Origin: Callorhinchus milii
Taxonomy: Eukaryota
Direction: 5' to 3'
Assembly: GCF_018977255.1 (NCBI RefSeq)
Contig: NW_024704742.1
Span: 82,896,001-82,960,000, forward strand
Length of the DNA: 64,000 nt
The notes below the pieces were generated by a model. It did not search any database. It saw only the letters and a list, made by a program, of their open reading frames with translations, and was not told the origin of the DNA. Of the stretch, positions 22,271 to 36,179 are shown one piece after another; position 1 is the first letter of the stretch; the number at the start of each line of letters is the position of its first letter. The translations under genes were made by a program, and so were the position numbers.

Positions 22271-23849
22271 TATTCCCATTCAGCACACATTCTCTTTAGA
22301 TTCCCTGCTCCTACACTAGATCATACTGACCACACTGATCCACATCTGCCACATATTAATCCAGCTGTGTAAAAGATGCAAACGTTTCTGAATTTGATTT
22401 CATTTTTTCTCATTATTTTTCTTGGCTCTGTTCCCTCAAACTTGGGAGTGGGTTGCTTGAGGTCAAATTTGTCCACCTATACATATATAATAAATATTAA
22501 AGATATCAAAGTCTTCAATATCAATCCCAGCATACCTCTCATGTAACTTATTTCTAGCCTGAAAAGTTTACATTTATACATAAGTTAGTTGCCAATGCTC
22601 AGGAATCTCTCCAAAATTTAAAAATTTAAACCGATTTTCTACCAATATCCATGATTTACCTCCTTGTCCATAGCTCCCTGCTTTAACCAATTGATCCATA
22701 ACTTTTCCAAAAGCTCTTTGTAAAATCCAAGTGTGTAGTATCGTTTGAAGAGGAAAATATAAAAATTACATGGAAAGAACCGATAATTGAGATTAGAGTA
22801 GTTAGCACCAATGGGCTGAATGACCTCCTTCAAACTATAATTTTCTTTGATTTTTATGAACCCATATAATTAGTCATTCACTTCATGGCTGTTTGAGGGA
22901 CTTGGCTGCGTGTAAATTGGCTGTCGCATTCGCCTACAAATTTGCAGTCCCTATGCTCTAAAGTAAATCATGTGAAGGGCTTTAAGACAATTTGACGTTG
23001 TGATAAGGCGCTACATCAAATGCAAGGATTATTATTACTTTGTTATCCTTTCTCAACCATTCCAGTAGATTAAAAGAAATTACAGGTTGGTTAAATGCCA
23101 CCTCCTTTCCTGAATCCAATCTGACTGCCCTTTAACAACTTCAGCATTTCATGTGTTCATATTCATGAGGCTTTTATCCTCCAGGTCTCTCCAAATTATT
23201 TTGGAGATTAGATTTTCTTATAAAAGATGCAGTTACATAAGGTAGTTGCAAATGCTCAGGAATCTCTCTGGAATTTAGAGAGCAAACAACAACCCCATTA
23301 CAAAATCATGTTCTGCAATTTTGGTGGTCTATATACACAATGTTAAAATGTGATGGAATTTGTAATAACCTTTTGCAGAACCTTATTACTTGCAGCGAGA
23401 ACAAAGCTTCCAGGAAGACAGAAATTACCACAAGTAGAAACAAGTGGATGGTCCAGGATTGAATATTGTTGTAATTTTTGTAATCCCTGAAGATCAAGTA
23501 CAGTGATTTTACTCAAGTGCTTTTAATCTAATTTTTGGGGGCAGACAACATCACTGAATGTGAGTCTTGAATGTAATTACAGACGTGTTCTTGGAGTTTG
23601 TTCACTGAGGGAATTGCTAAAGCCTGTCTAACGTAGACCGAGAAATGGAATGATGTAGTGTGGGAGACTGTAGCCACAATTAATGACATACCGTTGTGAG
23701 CTACACGCCTACAGCCTTGAATAGACATGCAAAAATTCACACACTCCGACATATGTACAAACAGTCACAAGTTCACTTCCCAAGTCCAATAATTTAGTTT
23801 GGATGAAGAAGGGCATTTGGCCCATTTCCCTCCCCCCCTCCCCCCCACT

Positions 23850-24208
23850 CCCACGGCTGACACTCCAGGACTGTGCTAGGGGACGCCTCATTGTCAGAGG
23901 TGTCATCCTTTGAATACAGTATTGAACCAAAGTCTCTTCTGTCTGTTCAGCTGGATGGAAACATCCATCCAGTGACACTATTAAAAGTAAAAAAAAAGGG
24001 GAATTTCTTCTAGTGTCCTGGCCATCAATCTTCCAAAATGAATTTGGTCATTCACTTCATGACTACTTGTGGAACATTACTGTGCACTAATTGGCTATTG
24101 TGTTCTCCTACAGATTACACAACCAGTACATTTCACAGTAATTACTGAAAAGCACTTAGACATTTCAATGTTATAGATGTAATATCAAATGTAAGAATTA
24201 TTATTATC
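23850..24208 (+). mobile_element. Deu-domain SINE (5'-truncated)
   Basis: ggctgacactccag...gtcagaggtgtcatcc...tgtcctggcca... followed by the tail. Confidence 0.8.
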
Positions 24209-26519
24209 TTTCAGAATACCATCTCAACCACCTTGCATCAGTCCAGTGTACTCGTGCACAAACAAATGTACACAAGCACACAGTGTTCAATGAGACTACT
24301 TGACCAGTGAAAACAGATTGAACAGGGGATATGGAATGTGACAGATGTGGAGAGAGTGGTTGGACATTGGTTCATCAATGGACAAAGACAGTTTGCTTGA
24401 ATATAAATATAAATATAAATCCCATTTGATCATGAGATTGGCCATTGCTGCCCTTTTGTTGTATTGGGATTTGACATGGTGTTTCTGATTTAGCTGTTGG
24501 GCATCATAACAAAACATCTCCAATCTATGTCTGTCATTTTTGGTACATGCCACGTTGGTGCCTCTGCCACTAGCTTGGTGTTGCTGAGGGTCAGTTAGAG
24601 AAAAAGACTCTGAAGACTGTGGGTTGTGTTAGGCAACAGAAAGAACACATTCACTTAATTTTGGGTACAAAATTGCCTTTGATGAATTCTGCAGCACTGT
24701 TTTGATGAGAATGGATTCTGAGGCAGGAACTGGAGTTTACATGGTAGGATCTTGTGGGAAGATGCTCCCCAGTGGGTTGACTTTCAGTATTCACTGCACC
24801 ATCTTAGTTTTCTCTTTTTATAGAATAAGTGAAGGAATGGAGGACTCCAATGTCCAGAGTTACAAGAGATCCGGAAATCTCAGCATCTCAAGATCAAATG
24901 ATTTATATGAAAATTGTTCTGTGTCTTTGTAAAGCTCACTGAGACATCCTAATGTGAAGGGCACTATAAAAATGCAAGTTTGCCTAGAAATACATGGTCA
25001 CCCCACTTCACAGTAAATCTTGTGGAGCTCTTCAAGGGTTCCTCACAGACGTGAAAGGCATTGTATCAAAAGCAAGGATTATTATATTATAAGTTGTTAT
25101 TGAAAATCAAAATCACATTTGCAGCAGTATAAAATTATCCCAAAAATATTGCCAGTGATGATAGATGGGAATGCAGGTGCTTATAGATTGCACTATGGTT
25201 TCACTGCACAACAAATATTACATTCATCTATGCGCAGAAATGATAGATGTCTCTGATAACAGCCCAGAAAATCCCAAACAAACTTGTTATGGCAATGATG
25301 GTCTCCTTGTGTCATGTAGGGCAATGTTGAGCATACCAGCTCAGCAGTTTTCCCCTACATCACTGGGGACCACCTTGAAACATACCTTGTTTTTTGATCA
25401 TCATGGAAGCGTTCAAATCTTGTGGAGTTGTACTGCTCGTATTAGTTGTGCTCCACAGACCTCCCCGATACTGGGAAAGCACCATCCTGCAAATAGGACG
25501 TGAGCAAGCACAATGCTCGATAACGTGACAGTGTTCCCTGGTAAGAATAGTATCTTTTAACAACTATGTCAGCAAGCCCTGCAGCTGGATTCTTCCGCTG
25601 ACTTTAAAGTCAAGCGGTGCTGGCACCAGACTGGAGAGTCCCGTGGAGCTGATACGCTGTGAGCTGCGCAGTCCCGCACGGTCTGCTTACAGACCGATCG
25701 GGTGCCTTAAGGGGTTTTGAAGTGCTACCCGCTAGTTTGACAGAGGCTGAGGAAAGGTGTATGGGGTCTGACGGATGGAATTGCCGGGGTTTCCGCTGCG
25801 TGACGTTCTCTTCCGCAATATGCCTCAGTCAACAGTGCTGAGTGCCAGAGCCTGTAAGAGGAGAGCTATTTTGTGTGATGTGAAATCAAAAGGACATGTT
25901 TTGTATTGAAAGTACCACTTCTTCCCACAGGTTCCTTCCCCTGTAACAAAAATAATACTTGTGTTTGATTTGTAAAGTGTAAAGTGCATAAAGGCAGCAA
26001 TCAATATATCCCACAAACAGCCAGGAAGTGAACGAGCAATTTTATTTGGGGGGATTATTGGCCAGGACACCAGGAGAAATTCCCTTCTCACTTCGAATAG
26101 TGCCAGGGGATCTTTAATGAGCACTGATAGGCAAACAGGACCTCAGTTTAATGTCTTATCTGAAGAATGGCACCTCAGACAATGCAGCGCCACCTCAATA
26201 GCTTGCCGGCTTGACTATCTTTGGGAGCTGTCCTAATGGCTCCTGAATGCTGTATAATTTTCTCTATGGGAGGTTACTGAATTTTACCGAATTCACCTGA
26301 GTTTCATCAAATTAATTAGATCAGTGACAAGAGGCTGCGAATTCCTCATTGTTTGATTAGCTTTGAGTGACAGCATGCCATGGTGGAAATCAAATTTATA
26401 AGAATGAGCAGCACTTGCAAGAAAAAAACGAGCACAGATGTGAGAGTAAAAGCCTACTTTTGCGTTGGTTTCTTGGTTGGTTTTGCCTCTTGCATTGAAG
26501 CCTCCTCCCCTACCTCAGC

Positions 26520-26785
26520 CAGGTGTCAGCTTAACCCGACTGGAAGCATTCTCGACTGATTCAGAAGGATGTGGGTTGAAGCCCACCTCGTGACTTAACC
26601 ATAGTCAAGGCTCATACTCCAGTACAGTGCTTCATTTCATGATTGTTTGTGAGACATTGCTGTGGGCAAATTGGCTGCTGATTTCGCCACAAAACACACA
26701 GTCACTACATATTGCAATAAATCCTGTAAAGCGGTTGAGACATTTTGCCAATGAGATTAGGCACTATATCAAATGCAAACCTGAT
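26520..26785 (+). mobile_element. Deu-type SINE with internal deletion of the Deu core
   Basis: Head (tcagaaggatgtgggttgaagccc...ctccagtacagtgc) joined directly to the 3' part (gtttgtgagacattgctgtg). Confidence 0.7.
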
Positions 26786-27344
26786 TAGTTTTGTCTCCTG
26801 GTCTTCTGAGTTTCAAATGCCTCCTTCCTCTGCCTGTTATAAATACGAAGGGCTTAATGAATCATTTATAATTAGGTTATCTTGTGTTTTTTGCTTGCAT
26901 TCAGACATCTGCATTTGATTTACTTTACTGCCACACGGCAATATATAGGTGTTTATTGTGGAGCCTAGCCAAGGACATGTGGAAGAGTATGCTAGCCTTT
27001 CACCCCCGGTTTTCAATCCGCTTCAGGCTAATGGCATTAAAGTCTCCTCGGTCCTCTGCATCTACAGGCACTATCTGAAATCATTCTGTGGATCTCAACC
27101 CAGTTACTGGTGGACATGAGCAAACAGCACGGGACTCTTCATAATTCATGACCATTGCATTCTGGAGACAGAGAACAATGGTTAGCCTGAATCAGTGAAG
27201 TGTTGCAGAAACCTTCAGTAATATATAACAGTGCCTGCACCATAAATCAAATCAGGGTATAAACAGAAAACGTGCATTGCCCTGGCATTGATTATGTTAA
27301 GTTCTGTACCATATTGGTTAGACTCACAAGTCTAACTCACAAGT

Positions 27345-27663
27345 GAGTGGATCCGATTCCTGGGCGGGGCAAAACGTTAGGCAAGTTTCCTTACTCCACA
27401 CGCCTTTACCTAGCAGTGAGTAGGAACCCGGTCGTTAGTCAATTGGCCGATCACTATTCCGGGGGTAATAAACCCTTCAAAAAAAATAATAATAATGTGT
27501 TCACTGAATCCACGAGTGTTTGTGGGTCACTGCTGTGTGCAATTGGCTGTCGAGTTTCGCCCACAAAATATACAGTCAATTCACTTTACATATATTCTAT
27601 GAAGCTCTTTGAGACGTCTCAAAGACGTGATAAGGCGCTATATCAAATGCAAGGATTATTATT
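27345..27663 (+). mobile_element. Young tRNA-derived SINE, long subfamily, 5'-truncated
   Basis: B-box remnant, ggcaagtttccttactcc, extra middle segment (cctagcagtgagtaggaacccgg), stem-loop gagacgtctcaaagacgtg, possible TSD AAGTG. Confidence 0.9.
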
Positions 27664-28147
27664 AAGTGTGACACTTAACCCGACAAGTATTCCTGATCTC
27701 ACAGTGAGGTTTAAGGATTATTCCATTTTTCTCCTTCCCTTGTTTCATTCCCATCTCTCTTGGAGGCTCAGCCTTATCCTGGACAAATATTCCACTGGTG
27801 CTGGTCACACTGCAGTAGCTTGGCCAAGTGACAATTCTTAATCTTTATGAGTAATTGTTGAGTTCATCGTGTAGAAGATCACAGGCAATCCTGTTTCAGC
27901 CGATGTCTGCCTGCTCTCTGGCAAGGGTCACTGGCTCGTGATCAGGAGCGGGAACCTCGGCCAAACTTTCCACCTTTTCTAGCCTAGTATCTCTTTGGTA
28001 AACACAGTAGGCTGCTGCCAATGCAGCTACAATCAGCTCGCTCGGTATAAACCTTCCAAGTTTGTCTGGTTTATTTCCATCCTGGCTAGTGGCTTTATAA
28101 AGAGAGAGCAACCCCTCAATGACTTCCCCCCCACCCCCGTGTGTGCT

Positions 28148-28252
28148 TTCTCTCTCTCTCTCCCCATTCTCTCCCTCACTCATTCTCTCTCCCTCGTTCT
28201 CTCTCCCTCGTCTCCTATCTTTCTGCCCCAGCTTCCTTCTCTCTTTTCTCTT
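28148..28252 (+). repeat. CT-rich low-complexity tract
   Basis: Directly seen. Confidence 0.85.
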
Positions 28253-30292
28253 TAGTACACTGAAGGTCCCTATGTAAGACAGTTGCACCATGTACTGGAA
28301 TGCTGTACACCTCAGGCCCTGACTGTCTGGCGAGATCAGAAGGTCTCTGGAATTGGGTGGTAACTCAGCAGCTGCTGGAAATGCTCACAGGAGTGGTTGC
28401 TGCTGATCGTCAGGTTCTGTGTGACCTGCGTGAGGCCCAACACCACTAGGTGTTGCCAGCGATCACATTATCGGTGGACAGATAACCTGAAAGTGCTGAC
28501 CAGGAGCTGAACTATAACCCCCCCGCCCACTCCACCACCCTCCCATTAACTGCTGTTCTCTCTCTCCAGAGTAACTTTGGTCATGAAATATGAAGTGTTT
28601 TATGCTGTGAGCTCACATCCATCAACAACAACAACTTGCATGAATATCGCGCTCTGCTCACAGGGTGGCGTCTCAGAGAGCTTATCAGTACCCAGTTTGA
28701 GTGCGCCCAGACTGATATCAGATATCACCTGATAATAATAATAATAATTGCATTTGATGTAGCGCCTTATTACATCATTGAGATGTCTCAAAGGGCTTCA
28801 CATGACATACTGTAAAGTGGATTGACTCTATTTTGTGGGTGAAATGCAGTAGCCAGTTACACATAGTAATGTCCCACAAACAGCCACAGAGTGAATGATA
28901 GAGGCAGATGACTGAGATGGCATTATTCCTATCTGCCTATAGCATTACTCAAACCTCTTTATATAATGGGGTCCAGCCCTGTCCAATAGAGGCCTGGAAT
29001 TTAGCTTCCATTTTTCATCATAACCAAAACTAAAATACCCTAAATATAACTACAGTAAAATCATCGACAAAATACAGACAGTCACATCACTTTATAGTAT
29101 CAACAACGTGATAATGTGCTATATAAAATGCAAGGATTAATATTCTTATATACCCTTTGAGAAGGTTTGATGACATGATACTGCACAATTTATTATATTA
29201 TTAACTACCATGACTTGGGAATGGGGTTCCCTATGAAAGGTGTTTGTATATATAACTTGCTGGTTTAGGAACTAAGACGCTAGACAGTTATGTTCTTGAT
29301 TTTGTTCTTTTGTAGTAGTCGGGATTCCCTAGGGAACAGAAAGCTGGCAAGTGTTTACTATCGGCGGGAGGTCAGACTGACCCCAATAATGAAAGATTTG
29401 TGAATATTTTTTTAAAATCCTGCCTTGGTTCACAAACAGAACTCAACAAAATTAATAATGGCATCTCTGTTAATTACATTAATCTCCTGCCACCTCCATC
29501 TACTCAAAATATTAATTATGTCCCTGCATATTTCTGCAATTGTCGTGTCCTTCTCTGATATGCAAATAAGCAGCAATCAGTGAAAAAAAACTGCCGTGGC
29601 TCCTTTGTTAATAACCAGAAGATGTGTTTCTAATGAGACTAAATGCTGCTATTATGGACAGAGAAGATTCTCAGTGAGTTTACATCTATTTTCCATGGCT
29701 CTGTTACAAGCAGGTTCCTACATTTTGTGAATCTAGCCATAGTGTTTCTCTACCCTATGTGTGGAAGCGCTTATGATTCTTACTGGTGTGGTCAACATTT
29801 TCTGATAATAATCCTCTTTAATAATCGTTGGATTTCATATAGCACTGTATCACTATTGAGATTGTCTCAAAGCGCTTCACAGGATTTCGCTGTGAAGTTT
29901 TATGACTGTATTTGTAGGCGAATGCATTGCCCTCCCCAATTGGTAGCCATTGATGCCGGCAGTTTTTGAATGGTGGGCGTGTTTAAGGGAATGCTTTACA
30001 CTTCATTTTGCTTGTAAACTCACAAATGACCTGGATTTCTGTTTTATGCCCGAAGACACCAGAGATAAGTCTGACAAGAGGTTCGGTGGGGGGTCTTTGT
30101 CATCTTTCAGAATTGCAATTATTCTGCAAATTACTGGATTAATGTTGTTGCAAATTAGAAGTTGTGATGAGCGCACAATTCTTGTATTGTGATTGCCACA
30201 GTGTTTATCCTAGTGCTATTTTTAGTACAACTTTTGTGACAAGTTTGAGGACTGGGCAGCAGTGTAGTATTAGTGATCACACATTGAACCTC

Positions 30293-30382
30293 GTGTGTAT
30301 GTGTTGTGTGTGCGTATGTATATACCTACGGACGTGTGTTGTGTACGTACGTATGAGTGTGTGTTGCATATGTATGTGTGTT
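30293..30382 (+). repeat. Degenerate (TG)n tract
   Basis: Directly seen. Confidence 0.85.
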
Positions 30383-31929
30383 TGAAGGAGGCGGAGTGTT
30401 TGTGGCTGTGAATGAACTCTTCCCCTTTTGTGAGGCTGCCGGGGTGGCAGGGAGGTAAACTGGCGGAGAGTGGGATGAATTATGGTGGGAAAACGGGTTA
30501 TTTAGTAAACTGACTTCTCTGCATGTCAAACTTCAGCAACTCTCTTCACAAGGCTCCTTCTTTCCTCTCCTGCGCCCTGCTCCCCCTCTTCCCACTGCCC
30601 TTTGCTTTCCCACTGTTAGTACTTTTATCACATTCCACTCTCACTTTTCCCCAGCCACTTCCCTGCTGGGCGTTTTCAAGAGCTTTTCAAGTCTCAAGTA
30701 ATAGTTCACGACCACATTACTTCTGGCTGTGACAACTGATCAGAGGAAGAGTTATGGAGATGTCTTGGTTCGAGCGGGGAAAATGGATCAGAAAATTAAC
30801 AGGGATTCAGATTTGATTGCCACTAAGTGCTCATGACTAGGAGCTTGGTGCCAGAATGTCTTGTGTCACGCATGATGCCAAGCCCGAGACATCTGTGAGG
30901 CACCTCGTGTTGCTCTGACAACCATCTGCTCAGTTTTATGTTGTTGCTCATTCACGCTCCTGCCTTTCCACGCATTGTTTCACCCAGCAGCTGACGCACG
31001 TCCCCAGGAGAACACCGCAGCACGCTTGCAGGACCATTAACGTGCAATCAGCTCGCAAGTGCAGCCTCAGCACATTGAGGCAAGAGTGTCTATTTGTCTG
31101 AATGCCGTCAGTTACTAAGGCTGCGGAGATGTTGGGCCACATTAGCGGAATGTCACTGCAAAGTTTCTTGGTGCATTTCTAACTGGGAGGAATCCTTTCC
31201 GAATTGCAATGCAAAGTGAGCTTTATTATTAATAATAATAATAATCATCCTTGCATTTGATATAGCGAGATGTCTCAAACCACTTCAGGGAATATACCGT
31301 AAAGTGTGTTTTGTGGGCGAAATGCCAAAATTAATGCCGTCTCATCCTGCTACATAGCCATGATATCGTACAGGTATCACGATGAGCAAGAACCCCCCGT
31401 GCCAGGCAGCCTTTGATCTCCTTTGCAGGTCACCCAACACCAAAGGACAACAGGACTATCACTTCACTGCTGTTCAGTGTTGACCTCGGTAGGTTTAAGA
31501 AGTTCACAACTCTGTGGATTGTTGCCTGGCTCTTAAAGCAAGGAGGGCACTGAGATCAGTCCGTGATTTGTGACAGTGTACCCGGAACACCCTGTGTTTG
31601 TGGATACTGTCCCAGGAACAGTCTGTGTGTTGAAAACATTGTACTGTACTGTGTGTTAAAAATATACATATTTTAGATGCTGTGCTGTTGATCTTTGTAA
31701 ATTTCACAGGATTAGGAGAGTTTTAAATTCAGGTGAAGGTGGAATAAGAAATCTAAAATAAATTGCAGGATCAAAATAAGAATTTTAGCTGTACTGAGCT
31801 CTTGAAATCAGGTTGTCGTCACAGGCACGGTCGAGGCTTGAATTATTCTCATCTTGAAACACAAATTACAATAAAAGAATGGGGATCACCGTTCTGTAAG
31901 AGGGTAACCATTCTGCCCTGGGGGAATGC

Positions 31930-32260
31930 CAACAACAACAACAAATTACACTTGTATTGCGCCTTTCACGTCGGGAGGACGTCCCAAGGTGCTGGGCAGT
32001 CAAGAATCGGTACCCGAGCTGGGGGTTGGGATCAGGAGGGGTGGAGGGCAGGGACAGTGGGCTAAGAGGGTGACCAAAGGCATGGTCGAATAGAAAGATC
32101 TTGATCCATGCCTTGAAGGAAGCAAGGGAGTGAGCAAGCGTAAGGGACTGTGGGATGGAGTTTCAAAGGGTGGAGACAGAAAGGTTGAAGACCTGGCTAC
32201 CGATGGTTGGGAGAGGGACATGGAGAGGTCAGAGTCCGCTGAGCGGAGGGAGTGGACAGG
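31930..32260 (-). mobile_element. L2 LINE 3' fragment
   Basis: (CAA)n tail, gcgcctttcacgtcgggaggacgtcccaagg stem-loop, ORF2 terminus. Confidence 0.88.
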
Positions 32261-33459
32261 GCACAGAGGTAAGGAAGAGCAAGGCCGTGGAAGACTGTGT
32301 TCATGGAGAGACTGGCATGGGAGTACAGTGCAGGGGCATGAATTGACAGACCAGTGTGGCTTCAGCAATGCTTCCTGGTGATGAAATGAATAATATTGCA
32401 GTTCTGCTACTCATCATCTTCTCACTTACCTAGATAAGTTTTTTTTCCCGAAACCATATCACTGCATTTTTAGTAAATGTTATACAATACAAATTTACGT
32501 TTATATTGCGCCCCTCACGTTGGCAAGGCTTCCCAAGCGACTTAACGCTGTAGAGAAGCTGAGGAGCTGCTGCCTCCTTGCCTTCGGGCAAAACGAGAGA
32601 GGGGCACACATACACCCAAGCAGGTCCACATCTCCCCCACTGCCATTGGCGAGGCCACGGGCAATAAGGGACTCGGTGTGCTCAGCTGGCACAATTGTGC
32701 CCGTGCCTGAGCTGCAGACAGGGCAGAGAAATGCCAGAGCCATGAAACCTGTCAGGTGACAGACTGAACCTGTGAACTCCTCTGAGGATCTGTGTAAAGA
32801 AGGCGAGAACATGTCAATGGGTAGATGTCCCTCCAATTCTTCACTGGCTCGATTCAGTCTAAAAGGCTTGTGTTGCTGCTGCCTATCGACACATGATTGT
32901 GTGAGGAACAGGCAAAGATGATTTCGACGTCAGGGTCAGTGTGCTGGCTGACGCTTAATCCTTTGTAAAGAGGCAGAACCTAATCTGAGCAATGTGCCCT
33001 CTCAATAATGACCACAAACCTCTGCTTTTCTCACACCTTCATATCATGCACAGTGTTTGTGCGCGCGATCAAATACAGTTTGCGTTACACTGATGTGAAC
33101 TGAGTTTGATCCCCTTGGTGTTATCCCGTCTCCCTGGGCTGGATCACGTGCAGTGATCGACAAGTTACACAGGCTGTTATGTGGCCTGTGGCAGACCTGC
33201 TGCTCAATATTGGAGCAGAGATGTCAGATGTTTCCCATCAGCTCTGCTCACATCCACCGGGTCTGTTCTCAACCGACATGTGCAAGATGTAGTTTTTAAA
33301 GGACATTTCTCTCTCTCTCGCTTGCTCTTTCTTGAGGGTAACAGGATTGTTTTCTGACTGATTTGTTCTGAAGGGCTGATTTCCGCTGTGAAGCAGTTCA
33401 ACAGGGGCTGACCATGTTGTGGTACCAGTGAGATATCTTCACTCAGTGCCTTCGTACAC

Positions 33460-33660
33460 ATTGCACACTACATAACACATCCACACAGAGCACATAAACC
33501 ACTTACGCAACTCATGCACGCACGCACACAATCACATAACACATACACTGCACACCCCGCACAACGCATACACACAACACACAGAATAAATACACATGCT
33601 GTATATCATACAACACACAAAAGACGTACACACACACACACATCACACACACTCGCACAT
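33460..33660 (+). repeat. Degenerate (CA)n tract
   Basis: Directly seen. Confidence 0.85.
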
Positions 33661-34588
33661 CCAAAAGGAGTTCCAGAGGGTCAGTCACAGTACATCCTAT
33701 CAGTCTTACTGCCTTGGCCAGCAGTCAGAAGAGGGCATCTGTCCAGCAGCATTTTATGTGCCTAAGTACTGCACCCTGATTATTCTGGGCTGTGACAACA
33801 ACGAGTTGAAAACTGATTGAGTCTGTAAATTCAAAACCATGTTTGATCAGAGTTGAAGTTGTAACTTACAGCATGCAAATTCTGCTGTTTACTACTATCG
33901 ATACAAGATGCAGTTTAATCATTGCAGATTTTGTTTTCAAAAGAGCTGCAGAGTAGGAAATTTGCCATAAATAATCACTTCAAGAATGGACTAGCCTCAA
34001 TTAAGATTTTGGCTTGGGATCCAGCTGCACACACTTTGTTTATTTTTGCTCTCCTCTTCCCTTGCTGTTTCGCAGGCACTGAGTGCCCTCAGTGTCTTCC
34101 TTAAGTGGTCACTTTTTATATGTTGTGGTATGTCCTCCTTGGTAGATAGGGAGTATTTGAGATGGGTGAGGGGTGGATCAAGAGTGAGCCTAATCAACAC
34201 ACACACACACAAACGTACATATTCACATGATCTGTGCTGGTTATCTGTCTCCCACAGCTTCTTTGCCAAAGCTGCTGAATAAGGCAGCAGAAAATCAACC
34301 TGTTGTAGACTGATGAAACTGTTTCAATACTTAATAATGGCTGTGCCGTAAGGTATGCAACCAGAGAGGAAAGGAAGTCTGGATCTCCTTTACACTTGCC
34401 GGTAGATGTTAAGCCGTCGTTGACAGACAACAGAAAGTGACATTCATATTTGGGGTTGAAAGTTTATCGCTGGCATATGAACCTTGCTGCCCTTGACCTT
34501 TGAACCACACACCAGAGTTGGTTAGCAATTTTTGCTGCTAAATTTTCACCTGATTCCATTGAGATTGTGGCTTGTCCTCCGAGTTGTA

Positions 34589-35005
34589 CAATACAAATTT
34601 ATACTTATACAGCTCCTTTCACATCAGGAGGATGTCCCAAGGTGTTTAACACCCGAGCTGGGGTGGGAGCCGAGGTGGGTGGAGAAGGCGTGGTCAAATA
34701 GGTAGGATTTGAGACGGACCTTGAACAAGGTGAGGGAAGGTGCGAGTCAGATGGACTCTGGCTGGAGGCACGGAGGGTAGGGGTAGGAGGGTGACCGAAG
34801 GTGCCATGACCTTAAGGAGGCAAGGGAGGGAGTTAGGTGAAGGGACTGTCGGATGGAGTTCCAAGGGGTGGGGACAGAGAGGCTGGAGGTCCGACTGCTG
34901 ATGGTGGGGCGGGCCGGGCAGGGGACATGAAGCCTACTGAACGAAGGAAGCGGACAGGTTTACATGGAGTTTAACAAGTCACAGAGATAGGGAGGAATAC
35001 GCCCG
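34589..35005 (-). mobile_element. L2 LINE 3' fragment with internal duplication/rearrangement
   Basis: Tail and stem-loop; the ccttgaa/ccttaaggagg...gggactgt..gatggagttcca segment appears twice. Confidence 0.8.
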
Positions 35006-35269
35006 TTTGAAACAGGCCAAATAAAGTTGGTCCATTAATGAAGTGCACAGCAAGTCCACATAAGAGCTGAGCTCCGTGGTTAATACTGAGCCTGTGGCGG
35101 GTTATGTGTGTGTGTTTTAAAAGGAGCTATTAAGAAAATCCTGCTTTGGTTTGCTTTTGTAGGCCATGAATCATGTTAAATGAACTCATACATAATTGAA
35201 GGTGGTAGTAATTCTGAGTGCCATTCTTCTCGATCAGTATAAAATAGGCAAATCACTTTACAAAACCTT

Positions 35270-35815
35270 TTACACTGAAGGTTGTTAGGATGTGGTGCGT
35301 GTTACCACAAGTGGTCATTGAAGCCAAGTCAATTACAACATTTGAAAGGGAATTAGATAAACACTTGAAGAAATAAGGTATAATAGGGTAGGAGTGAAGA
35401 GCAGGGAAATGGAATTAGAGGAGATTGCTCTTCGGGGGAGGAGACACGACACAGGCAGAATGGACCAAATGACCTCTTTCTGATCTGAAATTTCTATGGC
35501 TCTGCCCTGTTGAAAATAGCAATTGCATTTTTCGCAAATTGTTTTACACAATGTTTTAATTTGTTTATATAGTGCGGGTCACAGCTGGTATGCCAGGGAA
35601 GCAAGAATAAGAGGGCACAGGCTCGGGTTGAAAAGGGCATTTTCAGAACAGAAACCAGGAAGTATTTCTTCAAAAGGCTTCCATGAAGCTTGGTTGAGGC
35701 CAGGACGCTGGACTCATTTAAAAAAATATTTTTCATGCTGGGAGGACAGTGGAAATGTGAGATTAAATGGGTTGAGGAGTCTTCTTCATCCAAACATCTC
35801 GTATGAACTTGTGTG
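35270..35815 (+). mobile_element. Two tandem CR1 3' fragments with different 3'UTR types
   Basis: First ends ggaccaaatgacctctttctg...ttctatg (about 35497); second ends gagtcttcttcatccaaac...cttgtg (about 35815). Confidence 0.7.
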
Positions 35816-36179
35816 ACCCAAAATAGGAAAACAAAACCTTTGCGCAGATAGGTTTTCCACTTTGCTTTAAAAGCAGTACTCTCTTGATCAAAACATGTTT
35901 AACAAACCTGACCGGTTGATGCTGATAGCAATATTTCAAAAGAAACTCGTAATCATCTTCAACACTATTCTAAATAGACGTAGAAGTAAAAATCCACAAC
36001 AGGTCACGTGTGTGCCATGCTTTTTTTCATGCAAATGATATTCCTTTAAAATGCAACCTCCTGTGGACTCAAAACAAGCTTTAAATCTGGATGGGACCCT
36101 CAAGAGCTTCAGAGTTTCCTGTAACATGGGCTCGCACACTGGATGGATCTTTTTGCCTATATATTCATTCGGAGGTTAC

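Noticed and set aside
27896..28500. Possible exons in GC-richer unique sequence
   Set aside because: All frames after the candidate acceptors hit stops; the 131-aa ORF depends on the CT repeat.
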